Part shown: positions 1-12,402 of the stretch, piece by piece
Position numbering within the stretch: the stretch's first letter is position 1
Layout: each line of letters starts with the position of its first letter
NCBI RefSeq assembly: GCF_000143415.4
Contig: NW_003314277.1
Span: 1,873,185 to 1,937,184, forward strand
Source of the DNA: Selaginella moellendorffii
Lineage: Eukaryota > Plantae > Lycopodiophyta
Reading direction: 5' to 3'
DNA: 64,000 nucleotides
Notes under the pieces: model-generated
Database searches by the model: none
What the model saw: the letters and a program-made list of their open reading frames with translations, nothing else
What the model was told of the DNA's origin: nothing
Program-made: the position numbers and the translations under genes

Positions 1-1500
1 CCATCTTTCCATCGCTCTCGCTCGAGAGCGAGTACCTGGAGCTCGTCACGCTCACCATCTGTCCCTCCGGCGAGCTCGAGGATCGGTCCAGGTTCTCGGC
101 GGGACGAGGGCGATCGCGAGCGCGAGGGCGAGATGGCGACGCTGGCTTCACGTTTGTCCCGCCGGTCCAGACCATGAAGTAGAAGTCGATCGGCTCGCGA
201 GCTTGCCTGTGAGATGAGATCTTCTCACTGATGGAATGAGCGTTGAAGCACCGGATGGCTCCCGAGGCCGAGACGAACCACGGCGTCACCTTCTCGCCAG
301 CAACGCGGGAGACGACCAAGAGCTTGTTTGCTGAGCATGCCGCGTCGTAGATCTTTCGTAGCCCCGCTCGATCGGCCGCTGTTCCTATGTCTACCGATGA
401 AACATAGCAAAATCCCTGCGAGAAAAAGTTCAACTTTAGCGCAGTTGGAGATCACTTCTACGCACCTCTTCTGTGCAAGTGATATTGACACCGAGCCGAG
501 CTTCGTCATCGGTGGGCTGGAGTGTGATCGCGATCTCTCCTTCCGGTGGAGAGTACCAAAGCCTGATTGCCCGAGTTACATTAATTTCGGTACCTTCTAG
601 TTCATGCAATGGATACATTCCCGAGTTTACCATCCCCAGAGGGTCCTCGGGATTGCTCGATCCAAAGTATTTCGACGTTGAGGACTGATACCAGAGATCA
701 GCTTTGAAACGATAGAGAAAAAAGGAGAAGGAACTGGCATACCTGTAGAAACATTGGCTCGCTCTGGATATTCACAAAGATCACTGGAACGCCGGAGCTC
801 TGCGAAGCCGACAGCCACGCCATTGCTCTAGCTGTAGTGTTCTCGAGATCGCCATCGCCACCCTCGTTGGCGCGTTGGAACGGCATCAAAATGAGCGAGA
901 AAACCATGGCAGAATTGGGCGATGGGAGGAACTGGTGCATTTTGGATTGCCATGGATAGGAGATGAGCCGGTCCTTTATGGAGACTTGCTGGGAGACGCA
1001 GGGCCTCTTGAGCTTTTCCATAAGCCTTCTAGTCTGGTCTGCAAAACTAAGTAAAGTTCCATCAAATCACACTGTTCTAGGCAGTCGAGCAAGAAAAAAA
1101 TCCAAGTAGTACCTTGCAGAGCCACGCATTCTTCCTCGGTAGAGTCCATGAGCAGTGCGACGTAGTTCTTCTGGACGGGATCCGCAAACAAGTAGAGCTT
1201 CTTGCGCATCATCGCTTCCTCCGAGACAACACACACGCTCAAATCGACCTTAGTACCTCTTCGCTTCACTCTCGCCAGTGCCGTCTCGTTCGCCTTGTGG
1301 ATCTTCCGGAGCTCGCGCTGCAAGCCATACTTCCCGTCCTTGAAAGGCGCGCTGGCAAAGACATTGACCTCTTGCTTCACCGCCGTGATCTGCTCGATTA
1401 CATCCCCGGGCAGCAATCGGCCCTCGCTCCAATCCTCGGCGCCGCAGCCAGTGATGGATTTCACGGCCACCAGCGCCTGCCTCTCCGTCGGCCCTCCCAT
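1..1500 (-). CDS. Multi-exon plant protein of unknown function with PDZ-like N-terminus; runs off the left edge of the window
   Basis: ORF pieces 976-1500 (LLPGDVIEQI), 698-1021 (YPWQSKMHQFLPSPNSAMVFSLILMP) and 436-633 (IRLWYSPPEGEIAI) can be joined by GT-AG introns. A further frame reads VVSRVAGEKVTPWFVSASGAIRCF. Resemblance to a conserved plant family is from memory only. Confidence 0.6.
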
Positions 1501-1699
1501 GGAGAATCAAGATCGAGCAAAATGCTCATCCATCCAGCCTCCAAGCTCCGCGGTAGAAAATTCCCGAATTCCTGCGAGACGAAGTAGCCTGGAAATCAGC
1601 GCACAGGGATCGAGAAGAGGATTCCCCTGGCCCTGTTCGCCGCCATAGCCGTGCCGCACTGCCGGGCAGAGACGCGTTTGAAAAGTACTAGCACTAAGG

Positions 1700-1790
1700 T
1701 TTGGGCCCAAGATACTTTTCTTTAAATCCGGTTTAGGGTTCGAATTCTTTGACGAGCACTTGGGGGCTTTGCCAGGATTTCTAGGGTTCT
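1700..1790. promoter_or_regulatory. Site II (TGGGCCCA) and telo-box-like motifs in the 374-bp divergent promoter
   Basis: ttgggcccaa at ~1701, ttagggtt at ~1733 and ctagggtt at ~1781. This motif pair is typical of plant housekeeping promoters. Confidence 0.5.
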
Positions 1791-1874
1791 TGGGAGCTCG
1801 CGCGCGAATCAAATATTTCCAGGGCTTGTGCTAGCGCCTTGATTTCCAGGGCTCTTGGCGCGCCGATCGCCACA

Positions 1875-3958
1875 ATGTTTAGCGTCAAGGTTCACGAGAT
1901 AGGGGATCACTCGGTGCCGTCGGAGTTGCCGGATTGGATCGAGACCCTGAGGTTTTCTTCCGGGAATCCCAGAGTGGAGACTACACGCGGCGAAATGCAT
2001 CTCTTCCGCAACACGGCAGCCCAGCCAGGAGCGATCGGAGCATTGCCGGTGAGTTTTTGGTGAAATTTTCCACGAGATTCTAGAGCTTCGTGGGACTCTT
2101 TCTATAATTTCCGTGTGACTACGCACAGAGTGGTAGAAATGAGCAACTGTGTATCCTTGCAGTGCCTAGCCTCATGACTGGCGCTGACCTTTGTCAGTTC
2201 ACGGGCTCGTTCTTTCAAAGCATCAAAGAGATGCGGATCGTCAGGTAGTGTCACAAGTTCTAGTCACTGACTTAATGAAAATTTTCGGTTTTTTTTTTTT
2301 TTCTCTTTGGTGAGCAGGAACGAGACAAGCAAGGACAGATACAGTGTTGTGATGAAGTTTGAGGATCAGATCTCTGCCGATGAGTTCTTCAGGCATTTCA
2401 ACGGGCGACCATTTTCATCACTTCAGGTGAGAGATAGAAATAAAATCGATGGCGCATGACTTGAATTTCTTCTTCTCCAGGAACAAATTTGTCATGTTCT
2501 TTTTGTAGCTGATGTTCAATACACTTCTTCCGGCGGGGATGCATCCTCTGCTCCTTCGGGGCTGACTGAACTTCCAAGCTGCGCTGTCTGCCTAGGTGAG
2601 TGATGACTCGCTCTCCTTTTTTCATGTAGTTTTATCCTGAAATTGCGTCACGTTCGTTCTCTTGGCAGAGAGACTGGATCAACATGTTAGCGGAATCTTA
2701 ACGACTGTTTGCAATCACTCGTTCCACACATCTTGCATTTCCAAGTGGACCGATTCTACATGTCCGGTATGACTTGATCAACTTATGAACGCAAATATTT
2801 TAATGCTTGCATTCATTGCAGGTTTGTCGATACTGTCAAGAGAAATACGAAAACTCGACGTGCTCCGTTTGCTCCACTGCAGACAATCTTTGGATCTGTG
2901 TTATATGTGGCTTTGTTGGTTGCGGAAGGTACGATGTTTTATAGAGTCCCTGCGCTCGAATGTCATTTTTCTGTCATAGATACGAGGAGGGCCATGCTAT
3001 AAACCATTGGAGAGAAACTCAACATTGTTACTCACTTGAACTAGAAACGCAGCGGGTATGGGACTACGTGGGAGACAACTACGTTCACAGATTGATCCAA
3101 TCCAAGACTGATGGAAAGCTGGTGGAGCTTAATGCTCCGTGTCAAGACGCAAATGCCAGTTGCGAGTGCAGCGGCGGGATGGATTTTGCTGAAGCTATCA
3201 GTCGGAGCAAAATCGATGCAGTAAGAGTATCAGCATGAAGTTTTCGACTAATTTCTTTGTTGAACCTTGCAGGCGAAGTACGATTACGAGCACCTCCTAA
3301 GCGTACAGATGGAAAGCCAGCGACAGGTAATTATTCATTCATATAGATTCTGGCAGTTCGGTAATTTATGTATCTTGTTTCGCAGCATCATGAACTTTTA
3401 ATGGCTCAAGCTCTAGAAGAAAGAGCGAAAAGTTTCAAAGACCGAGAAAAGGAAATCGAGAGAGGCATTTCCTTGAAACTGCAAACGATGCAAGATACAA
3501 TCCGGAAAGCAGAGGAGGAGAAAGCATTCCTCGAGCAGGTGTTTCCTTGCTTTCAAGGTGTGGAAGTCTCTAACATATCGTCGTGCAGATGAACGAATGC
3601 CTCCGGAAAAACCAAGAGGAATGGAGGACAAAGTATCGTCAGCTAGAAGAGAAGTACGTTTTTTGTTTAGCGAACAAGCCATAACTATGCTCTCTCTTGC
3701 AGCCAAGCACTGCTGATCAAGGAGCGGGACAACAAAATTCGGGATCTGGAAGAGCAAGTAAGGCTTCTTTCTCGTCTCACAAGCTTTTTCTCTCGTGACT
3801 TTAAGGTGTGCACCTCCTTGCAGGTTCGAGATTTCATGGTGTTCATAGAAGCACAGAGGACGATTTCTAAGCACAGTGAGATGCAACAAGGTAGCGTCCT
3901 TGTGGGTGACTCAAGCTCTGAGAAGCTCAAGGTGGCTCGAAACAGGCGAAAGAGATAA
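1875..3958 (+). CDS. BRIZ2: BRAP2/BRIZ-type E3 ligase (BRAP2 domain, RING-H2, ZnF-UBP, coiled coil), about 12 exons
   Basis: [52 protein letters not shown] and [35 protein letters not shown]. Stop TAA at 3956-3958. Confidence 0.88.
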
Positions 3959-4074
3959 AAGGCTTTGGTGTGTAATGATCACACCCAACTTCTAGGAACT
4001 CAGAACTCTGTAGGAATAGATAATGACCGACCAAGTTTGATTTGATATCATCAGCTGAGTTGAGGTTACCCTTA

Positions 4075-4180
4075 GAATTCCTCAAGTCTCCCAAGCACTC
4101 CTTGCAATCAGCCAAAGTTGGCATGGATCTGGACATCATCTGCAATTAGATGGTTGAATACTAAGTCCAGCTCATGTTTC
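4075..4180 (-). pseudogene. Fragment of the DUF26-like gene at 10646-11002
   Basis: Reads MSRSMPTLADCKECLGDLRN against MSRCIPTLGNCQECLTDMKD, with an HELDLVFNHLI-like segment upstream. Confidence 0.6.
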
Positions 4181-4240
4181 CTTATTTGGAAAAATGTAAC
4201 TGTGAGAATATTTAAATTTTAATTACCATAGCTTAAGATC

Positions 4241-4715
4241 TTTTATATTAACCCTAAACCCTAAACATTTGGTTTTATGGTTGATTCTTGCAATTAAATT
4301 TCAAGCTACATATGCAAAATCTAAAAGAAATTGAATTCTTGATTTCATGCTTTTTGTTGTTTGTTAATTAGTAGATTGTGTTTTTCTTGTTTTGGTGTAA
4401 AGTAAAAATTGAGAGAGAGAACTTGTGACTTTCTCTTTTTGCTGCCAAAAATTTATAAATTCTAGTTTTAAAATATGCTTGAATATTTTAAGATATTTTA
4501 CCAATTTTTTAATTTATAATTTATAAAGTTTTAGAGTATATTATTTTTTCCTAATAGTTTATAACTTTCGACCTAAAAACATTTTAACACTTTAAATGAG
4601 TTTTATAAAAGAAAATTAATTTTACATTATATTATAGACAAATAAAATATATTTTTACATACTGTTAAATATAAAAGAATAAAGTTAAATTATAAAATCA
4701 CTCATAGTGATTAAG
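4241..4715. repeat. AT-rich dispersed repeat, copy 1 (direct copy at ~8585-9005)
   Basis: Both copies start ttttatattaaccctaaac(c/t)ctaaacatttggttttat and stay collinear to ttaaatataaaagaataaagt. Confidence 0.75.
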
Positions 4716-4739
4716 TGGATCTCTAATGATTACTTGAAT

Positions 4740-4940
4740 CTCATTTCTCATCTCACAAGTTTTTCTCTTATAACTTTAAAGTTTGCACTTCTTTACAAGT
4801 TCGAGATTTTGTGGTGTTCATAAAAGCATAACAGAAGACAATTTCTAACCACATTAAGATGCAATAAGGTAGTGTCCTTGTGGGCAACTCAAGCTCTAAG
4901 AAGTACAAGGAAGTTAGAAACAGACGAAACAAATAAAAAT
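4740..4940 (+). pseudogene. Decayed direct copy of the last BRIZ intron and exon
   Basis: gttcgagattttgtggtgttcataaaagca...aaggtagtgtccttgtgggcaactcaagctct matches 3770-3960. Confidence 0.8.
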
Positions 4941-5963
4941 TTAAAATTGATGGTCACCAAGATGGTTTGATAAAAGAGAAACATAAGACAATATAAAAAA
5001 TATCTTAGCATATTTTATTTTCTTTAGGGTTTATTGCAAGATCATTACATTGTGGTATTCTTCTCCAAGAAGAGGATCTCCTTGGCACATCGTCCGTCCG
5101 CATCTGGGTTGCTAGATTATCCAAATCCGCAAATCATGTGGTTTATTTTGCTATTTAATATTGTGGATTCCATTGTGAAGCTTAGAAAAAGCATCTGGTT
5201 GAGTCTATGACCACTTCTTGACATCTTTAGCCAAAGAGCAAAAGCACACGAGGTATGCTTTGTGTGAGCAGTTTTTCACTGTTAAAGTGTTCTATTCCCC
5301 AAATGGAAAGGAATGCTTGTGGGTGAAAAGCTTCTGACACAACTTGTAAATTTGTGGTGTTTGTGTTCTTAACTTTATTCATTAGGCTGCTGCATTTCGT
5401 CGCTAGAAGAGACCAGCAATTCGTCTTTGATCCTGCATGTTACAGGTAGAAGAAGGTTAGCCTTTCTCGCTGAGCTAGATGTCCAACGACTTTCTGTGTG
5501 GAATAAGGTAAAGACTGTGTAACTTATTGATCGCTTTCACTTCCCGTTGAAGATTGGCGACCCAGATGCTTTGAGAGCAGAAGCCAAACGACAAAGCGTA
5601 ACCGGAGAAGGCATTCAAGATTTTTTTACACGAAACTCAAAGTGACAAATGTCCACTCTTTTATATGGAACACAAAGGACACAAAGATGTTTTGTAGGAT
5701 TTACTTGTGCGACTTGAAGAAATGGTCCTGTATAGCAAAGGGATCTCGTGAATATGATCCACAGTTGTGGAACATGAGGTAATTGTCTGTTTCGTTTGTT
5801 GGGAATTAATCAGAACTTTCTGACCTTGCAACACCGCTTGAGGAACATGACCGAGAGCTTATGTTCCTCTTGCACTTTCCAAACAGCTGCTGGAGCACCG
5901 TGATCAGGTTCCATATGTGTGGTTTCGAGTGAAGCATACCTTGATTTTACATTTTGAATCCAG

Positions 5964-6850
5964 GTGAGCTTCAATTTGATGCTGCATGCACCACGAGCTT
6001 ATCCTTGGCAGCCCGACAAAGTGATGGTCTCTACCTTTGCTGCCATTCGGGAAAGCGAGGCGCTGTGCCTGGCTTTTGCGGATTACGCTTATAGGAGGTA
6101 CGTGTCTCCAGGCACCAAGGAGCTAGGAGACGCAGTTGCAACGCTGGAAGGTCGGGAATGGGAGCGTGCAAGATATGGTCGTTCCTCGTGATCGATGCGT
6201 AAGAACTTACGACTTGTTAGTCGATGACTTTGACAGGTCTGGAAGACGTGAGACTCGACGCAACTCTCTCTGAGCTCTACGCTGCTGCTACGGCCGCCGC
6301 CAGTGGCCGCATTGCAGTGTTCGTGGAAACCTTCTCAAATCCGTTGGTTACAGTTGCGGACGTTCCAGTGATTTCGAAGTTATGCAAGAAGTATGGCTGT
6401 TCTCCTATTTCGTGGACAATCCCTGTGCTACTCTCGTCCAGCTCAAGCTGCTAATGCAGGTTGTCATTTGATTAGTGTTAGAGTTCTTAATTCTTTTCTT
6501 CTTCTTTTGTAGGAGCGGATATGCACTCGTTAGACCATCCGAGTACGTGAGTAGTGCCGGCAGGAATTGTTGCTGGCTGGGGTCTAGCTGCCTCATCATT
6601 CGACTCATGGCTCGTACTGAGGGGAATTAAAGCTCTGGAAGTAAGTGAAATACTCTCTCGCTTCGTTCCAAAGTTTCTAGTTTGCTGCTCTCGTGTTATC
6701 TCACTCTGGACTTCACAGGTCCGAATGCAACGACAGTGGCACCAGCATTCTTTCTCAGCAATTTTGCTGCCTCTTCGAGTTCACGCGGCACAAGGCTGCT
6801 CGATTGTTGCGCTCGAAGTTCCAAACGGACTTGATGGAGCCAGCAGTAGA
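5964..6850 (+). pseudogene. Cys/Met-metabolism PLP enzyme remnant (methionine gamma-lyase / cystathionine gamma-synthase family)
   Basis: VFVETFSNPLVTVADVPVISKLC, SSFDSWLVLRGIKALEVRMQR and SIVALEV are recognisable. The PLP-lysine motif after GADMHS is frameshifted or absent. Confidence 0.65.
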
Positions 6851-7049
6851 CAATAACGCTGTGTCCGGCGTCACTACCAGTCTCCCACTCGGCAAGCTCC
6901 TCGCAGTCCTTCCTCAGATAACCAGCGGAATGCTCTGGGAATTACAGAAAGGATCTCTGGCAGCCTGATGTTTGGCCGTGGCAGCCAGCGATACCGTAAT
7001 TAGAATTTGAATATTCTCACATATATTTTCCGAATAACCATTCACTAGG

Positions 7050-7775
7050 AAACATGAGCTAGACTTCGTATTCAACCATCTGATTGTAAATGATGTCCCA
7101 ATGCATACCAACCTTGAGTGATTGCAAGGAGTGCCTGGGAGACTTGAGGAATTCTGAGGGTAACCCTCAACTCAGCTAATGATATGGAATCAAACTTGGT
7201 TGATTATTATTTATTCCTAGTTCCTAGAAGTTGGTGTGATCTCTTACATTACACACCAAAGGCTTTTATCTTTTTCGCCTATTTTAAGCTGCCTTGCATT
7301 TCTCAGAGCTTGAGTCGCCCACAAGAACACTACTTGTTGCATCTCACTGTGCTTAGAAATTATCCTTCTATGAACACCATGAAATCTCGGACCTGCAAGA
7401 AGGTGTACACCTTAAAGTCATAAGAGAAAAGCTTGCGAGACGAGAAAGAAGCCTTACTTGCTCTTTCAGATCCTGAATTTTTGCTGTCTCACTCCTTGAT
7501 CAACAGTGCTTGGCTGCAAGAGAGAGTGTAATTATGGCTTGTTCGCTAAACAAAAGATGTACGTCTCATCTAGCTGACAATATTTTGTCCTCCATTCCTT
7601 TTGGTTTTTCTAGAGGCATTTGTTCATCTACACGACGATATATTAAACTTCCGCGCCTTAAAAGCAAGGAAACACCTACTCAAGGAATGCTTTCTCCTAT
7701 CTAGCATCATTTGCAGTTTCAAGGAAGTGCCTTTCTTAATTTCCTTTTCTTGGTCTTTGAAACTCTTCACTCTTA
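7050..7775 (-). pseudogene. Inverted decayed duplicate of 3430-4180 (BRIZ 3' exons, introns, 3' flank and DUF26 fragment)
   Basis: The reverse complement is collinear with the BRIZ 3' end. ORF 7184-7423 shares LHLTVLRN...[11 protein letters not shown] with antisense ORFs over 3685-3930. Confidence 0.85.
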
Positions 7776-7954
7776 TATAATGGATTTATATAATGGATTC
7801 AAATTCTTCACCAGATATTAAGGTGGAGTCATGACATTTTTGAACAATGGAGAATATGAACTTATTAATTTTTAAAAAAATGTTGGGATATAAAATAGTT
7901 TTAACAAAAATTATTTTGGAATATTTTAAGGATGAAATGTGTTGACTAAATGTT

Positions 7955-8525
7955 CTTAGAGGAACAAAACATGGTCTTCTAGCCAAATTGAGGAAGCAAA
8001 TGAAATTTTTTACTTTCTTCAAGCAAGTTCTTCAACTTAGCATTAATTGATTAAGTCAATAAAGAAGAGATTGAGTTTTTGAAGGGTAAATTTGTCCATG
8101 GTGATAGAAAAGAAAATAATGTTATTGTCCAATGTACATGGTTCAAAAGCTATGTTCCATTAGGTGTCTACATAAAAACAATATAAATTCTATTGAAAAG
8201 TGGACAGCTTTTTAGTCCCAAAATATAATTGTTACATTGATATTAATGAAATGAAATAAGTTATCAGTGGTTTAGTAAAATTTATGCAGCCTGTACATAA
8301 ATGTTTAATGGAACATAACCTTGCAACTACACACATTAAATAATAAATTTGTTCTTTTTTCTATCACCATAATTAAATTTACTTTTCAAAAACTCAATCT
8401 CTTCTCTATTGAGATCCACAATCACCTTAAGTAATTACTACTGGGTCAAAAAAATTACTTGAAAAAGGCAAAAAATCTCATTTGCCCTTTAGTTTAGCTA
8501 AAAGATCATGTTTTACTCCTTCTAA
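7955..8525. mobile_element. Fold-back / MITE-like element with ~230-bp imperfect inverted arms
   Basis: ggaacaaaacatggtcttctagccaaattg...gagattgagtttttgaag...tatgttccatta pairs with taatggaacata...ttcaaaaactcaatctc...agctaaaagatcatgttttactcc. Confidence 0.65.
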
Positions 8526-8584
8526 AAACAAGCATTAATTCTTATAACTTTTGCCATTGTGTCAATGAGATATGTGGAAAAGGT

Positions 8585-9005
8585 TTTTTATATTAACCCT
8601 AAACTCTAAACATTTGGTTTTATAATTGATTTTTGCAATTAAATTAAAAGAAATTGTAGTGTTTGATTCTATTAGAGAGAGAAATTTTGACTTTCTTTAT
8701 TGCTTCCAAAAACCCTATAGATTTAAATTTTAAATATGTTTGAGTATTTTAAGATATTCTACCAATTTTATATTTATGATTTATAAACTTTTAGAATATA
8801 TTCTTTTTTATCCTAATAGTTTATATGTATTCTAACTTTTGATCTAAACACAATTTTACAATTTTAATGATTTTTATAAAAAAATAAAAAATATATTTTA
8901 CATTACCTTATAAATAATTTTTTATAAACACAGTTAAATATAAAAGAATAAAGTCCAACTATAAAAGCACTCATATTGTAAAAAAATTATTTAGTGATTA
9001 AATGG
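8585..9005. repeat. AT-rich dispersed repeat, copy 2
   Basis: Collinear with 4241-4715. Confidence 0.75.
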
Positions 9006-10039
9006 TAACATTATTTAGAAGCATTCATAATAACTATTATTTAGAGAGATGCAATTACATAATTATTCAAAAGTTTCATTATCGGGTATAAAATAAAGTC
9101 ACTAATTAATATAAGTTTAGAATTGTCATAAGATTATTTTTGGCATATGATAATTGAAGATATAAGTGTCTCTGTATACCTAGCAATTTAATTTAGTTTT
9201 ATTTATTTAATAATAATTAATTAAATTAGCATAATTATTAATAAAAACCACGTATTAATGTTACTGCATGCAATTTGCAGTAAATTACTAATAAAAGAAA
9301 TAATAGCTATTTATTTTAAAATTTAATTCTTCAGATCTTATTAAATATACACTTAAAAATATAAAATATTTAATTTTCCAATGGTAAAAATCAGAAATTC
9401 ACATTACTATTAAAAATTTCTGTCCACTAAATATAGAGAATGAAACTAGTTATTAAAAAATAACTAAAATTAAAATATAAAATTAAGTAAGGCATTCTAC
9501 TATATATTTTATTATATTTCTACTAACATAGAGCAATTTTATAGTTAATATAAAGAGAAAAAAATTATAGTATGTCATATAAGTACTTTTGTATATAATT
9601 TAAATATTTTATCACATGGCCTGCCTCGAATTTGGATATAGCATTGGAGTAATTGCAATAATTGAAGTTATTAATCCCAAACTAAAGGAAATAAAATAAT
9701 TAGGATTTAGCTTAATAATTCTCAAGTTTACTCCCATATCTTAAAAAGTTATAGTTTCAGGAAAATTCAATAAATATAAAAATTATTGAATTCTATATGG
9801 AAGGTTGTGCTGTAAATTTGCAATAAGAACTATTTAATAAATCAAAAGTTTTATGAGTCATTATCCACTTATCTGATTTTTATAATGAATTAAAAATATT
9901 TAAGATAACTATTATAATTATAATTGTAAACCTGGGGATTCAGTTAGAACAACATAAGAGTTTCAGCGTGAAGTTTTTCCCACTAATTTCTTTGCTAGAT
10001 TTTTTAGGTACCGCTAAGGAGTATACTAAATCATCCTCC

Positions 10040-10345
10040 GTGCTACCTTGAATTCACGGAGATACTTTAGCTCTTCCAGATCCCAAATTCTATCATTTCA
10101 CTCCTTGATCAGCAGTGTTTGCCTGCAAGAGAGTCTGAACGTACTTCTCTTCAAGCCAACGATACCTTGTCCTTCATTGGTTTTTCCGTTCATCTCTTTG
10201 AAAGCATGGAAACACCTGCTCGAGGAAACCTTTGTTCTCCTCGGCTTTCCGAATCGGCTCTTGGATCTTTTAAATGGCTCTCTCGATTTCCTCTTCTTGG
10301 TCTTCGAAACTCTTTGTTCTTTATTCAAGAGCTTGCTGCAAATTA
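10040..10345 (-). pseudogene. Third duplicated BRIZ fragment (coiled-coil exons), more diverged
   Basis: Reverse complement gaggaaatcgagagag...ttcctcgagcaggtgtttcc...cactgctgatcaaggag...gggatctggaagagc matches 3405-3760, with internal deletions. Confidence 0.8.
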
Positions 10346-10645
10346 CATTTTAAATCTATCTGTCTATCTATATGCTGTTCAGAGGTTCTCACGGACTATG
10401 AAGCGTAAGACCGATGGATGCAAAAATGCAAGGCGGATCAGATATATTAATAATTACGGTTTTCCATCTGTACGCTTAGGTCCAAAGTTCGGAAACGATC
10501 ATGAACTGGTGTTTCTAGTTAGAAATTCTTAGATGCCGGCAGTCCCTGGTGGCGATAGCGTCGCCACGATTGTGAGCACCTGCTAATTGTTGTTGCTGCT
10601 GTCCGCCAGTGTGTTCTCGATCAAACAAGCTAAACAGAAGAGAAC

Positions 10646-11002
10646 TTAGAAGAAATCATACATCTCATAGCGCAAGTAGCACAAGCTAGCCGGAGAGCAA
10701 AAGTTCGCTCCCAGTGACAATGGAGCGGTTTTTTCCATGAAATCCTTCATATCTGTTAGGCACTCCTGGCAATTGCCCAAGGTTGGGATGCAGCGAGACA
10801 TACCTCGGATTCCTCCTGGTGATTTTACCATCACGGTTCCATAGCGAGCATCTTCCGCAATAAGATGGTGGAAGACGAACTCTAGCTCATGCTCAAACAC
10901 GCTTCTTTGTGGACCATATTCTGGTCTATAGCCAAAGGTCTCTGGAGCAACACCTTTGGGACAAGATGTCTCCGAGAAAGCTTGTCTAAGATATACTAGC
11001 AT
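10646..11002 (-). CDS. Single-domain DUF26/Gnk2-like cysteine-rich protein; signal peptide may be truncated
   Basis: GMSRC-IPTLGN-C-QE-C plus the C-terminal GANF...CYLRYEMYDFF typical of DUF26. Intronless ORF. Confidence 0.6.
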   Translation of the reverse strand: MLVYLRQAFSETSCPKGVAPETFGYRPEYGPQRSVFEHELEFVFHHLIAEDARYGTVMVKSPGGIRGMSRCIPTLGNCQECLTDMKDFMEKTAPLSLGANFCSPASLCYLRYEMYDFF

Positions 11003-11178
11003 AAAAGATGTGAGCAAAACATAACTTTTAATATATGTCTAATTTAATCTAATATATAGAAATATTTAAACTTTCTTTGTTAAATTTATATTTCTTTTCT
11101 ATTAACAATATAAATATTTTTTTTTTGTATCCAATTTAACTTTTAGCTTTAATCTAATATATAGAAATATTTACAATA

Positions 11179-12402
11179 CTAGAGGGCGATCAACTGGCTA
11201 ATATTGAGCGGACTGGCCATGGAAGGTGGCCCCGAGACGAGCGAGTCCGACACCAGCCTATACATTTCTTGGGTGGGATGGACGAGGTCCCAAAAGACGT
11301 GCTCGTCCGCCGAGGAGCAAACGTTGGTGAGGTTGCTACACGCGGACGAGCCTCCAAATCTCCCCAGCCCGCAGCACGCAACGTTGCCATACTTGAATCC
11401 ATACTTTGATGGCTGCTCCACCGCGTCCAGCAGCAAGTCGTAGGCGTTTCCATACATGGCGTGGAGCGCCGGGAGCTTTGATGCCAGGGACGCGAGCGAC
11501 GCCTTCAAGGCCGAGTTGAAGCTCGCCACTTGATCGTTTACGGCTCTCATGCACTCGCCCGTGGAGTCGTAGAGTGTGAGCACCGCCGGCGTGCACCCGA
11601 GAGGGCCTACGGAGAGGACGACCATCTTGCGAGCGCCTAAGGTGTAGAGACGCTGCAAAAGCTCTGAAGTTAGAATGCTCTTGAGAGCCGAGAGAGATAG
11701 ATGTCTGTGCTGTATACCTCGAGTTGCGGGAGAGCTTTCGAGAGCACGAGCTTGTTGTACGACTCCGGGTCGTAGTCGAACCTGGTCCGGATGTTGTAGA
11801 TGTAGTCGAACATGTCGTTGTTTCCGGTGCTTACGACGAACAGGGACTTGGCCAGAAGCTCCGAAGCTGCTTTCGTTCCTAGAGACTGAGCTGTGGATTT
11901 CACGAGCTTTTCGAACGCGTCGAGCTGCGTGGAGAGTGGGATCGTTCTCTGAGAAGAAGAAGAAAAGGTAAATGCATAAGTTGGAAACTTGAGCTTACGA
12001 ACAAGGCTCCAGTGCCATTCAGATATCCAGAACCACCGGCAGCAAAATTTCGCCCGCGAAAGATTCCCGACGTTTGTTCCTCAAAGCCGTTGGCTGGCGA
12101 AGGGAGCTCTAGAAACTCAGCTGCAGTGCGGAATTCCACGGTTAAAGAAGCGAAACATATGTTCGTCACTTACCAAGGAAGTCGGTTGAAAGCTTGCCGT
12201 TGGACGCTCGTCCAGTCGGTCCAGGAGGAACAAAGTCCCTTCCATATGGAAGCCTGTTGGTCATCAGCAACGAGAGCGAAGACCGCTGCTTGAGATTACC
12301 CGTGTCAACCGTTGAGTCTCCAAACACAAAGAGAGCTGGAACCTTGCTCGCATCACCCACGAGAAAAAAATAGCTCAAAACAAGCCACCTCCAGAGCTTC
12401 AT
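11179..12402 (-). CDS. GDSL esterase/lipase, secreted
   Basis: Signal peptide, LFVFGDSTVDTGN, PTGRASNG, GRNFAAGGSG, STGNND and FWDLVHPT. Confidence 0.95.

Noticed and set aside
2150-2160. gtatccttg resembling a U12 intron donor
   Set aside because: It lies in the BRIZ reading frame (QLCILAVP) and no intron is needed there.
4250-4266. aaccctaaaccctaaac as an interstitial telomere
   Set aside because: Only about two units, embedded in a dispersed AT-rich repeat.
10548-10566. GC-rich hairpin gtggcga-tagcg-tcgccac as a Helitron 3' end
   Set aside because: No CTRR followed by T at the expected spacing on either strand.
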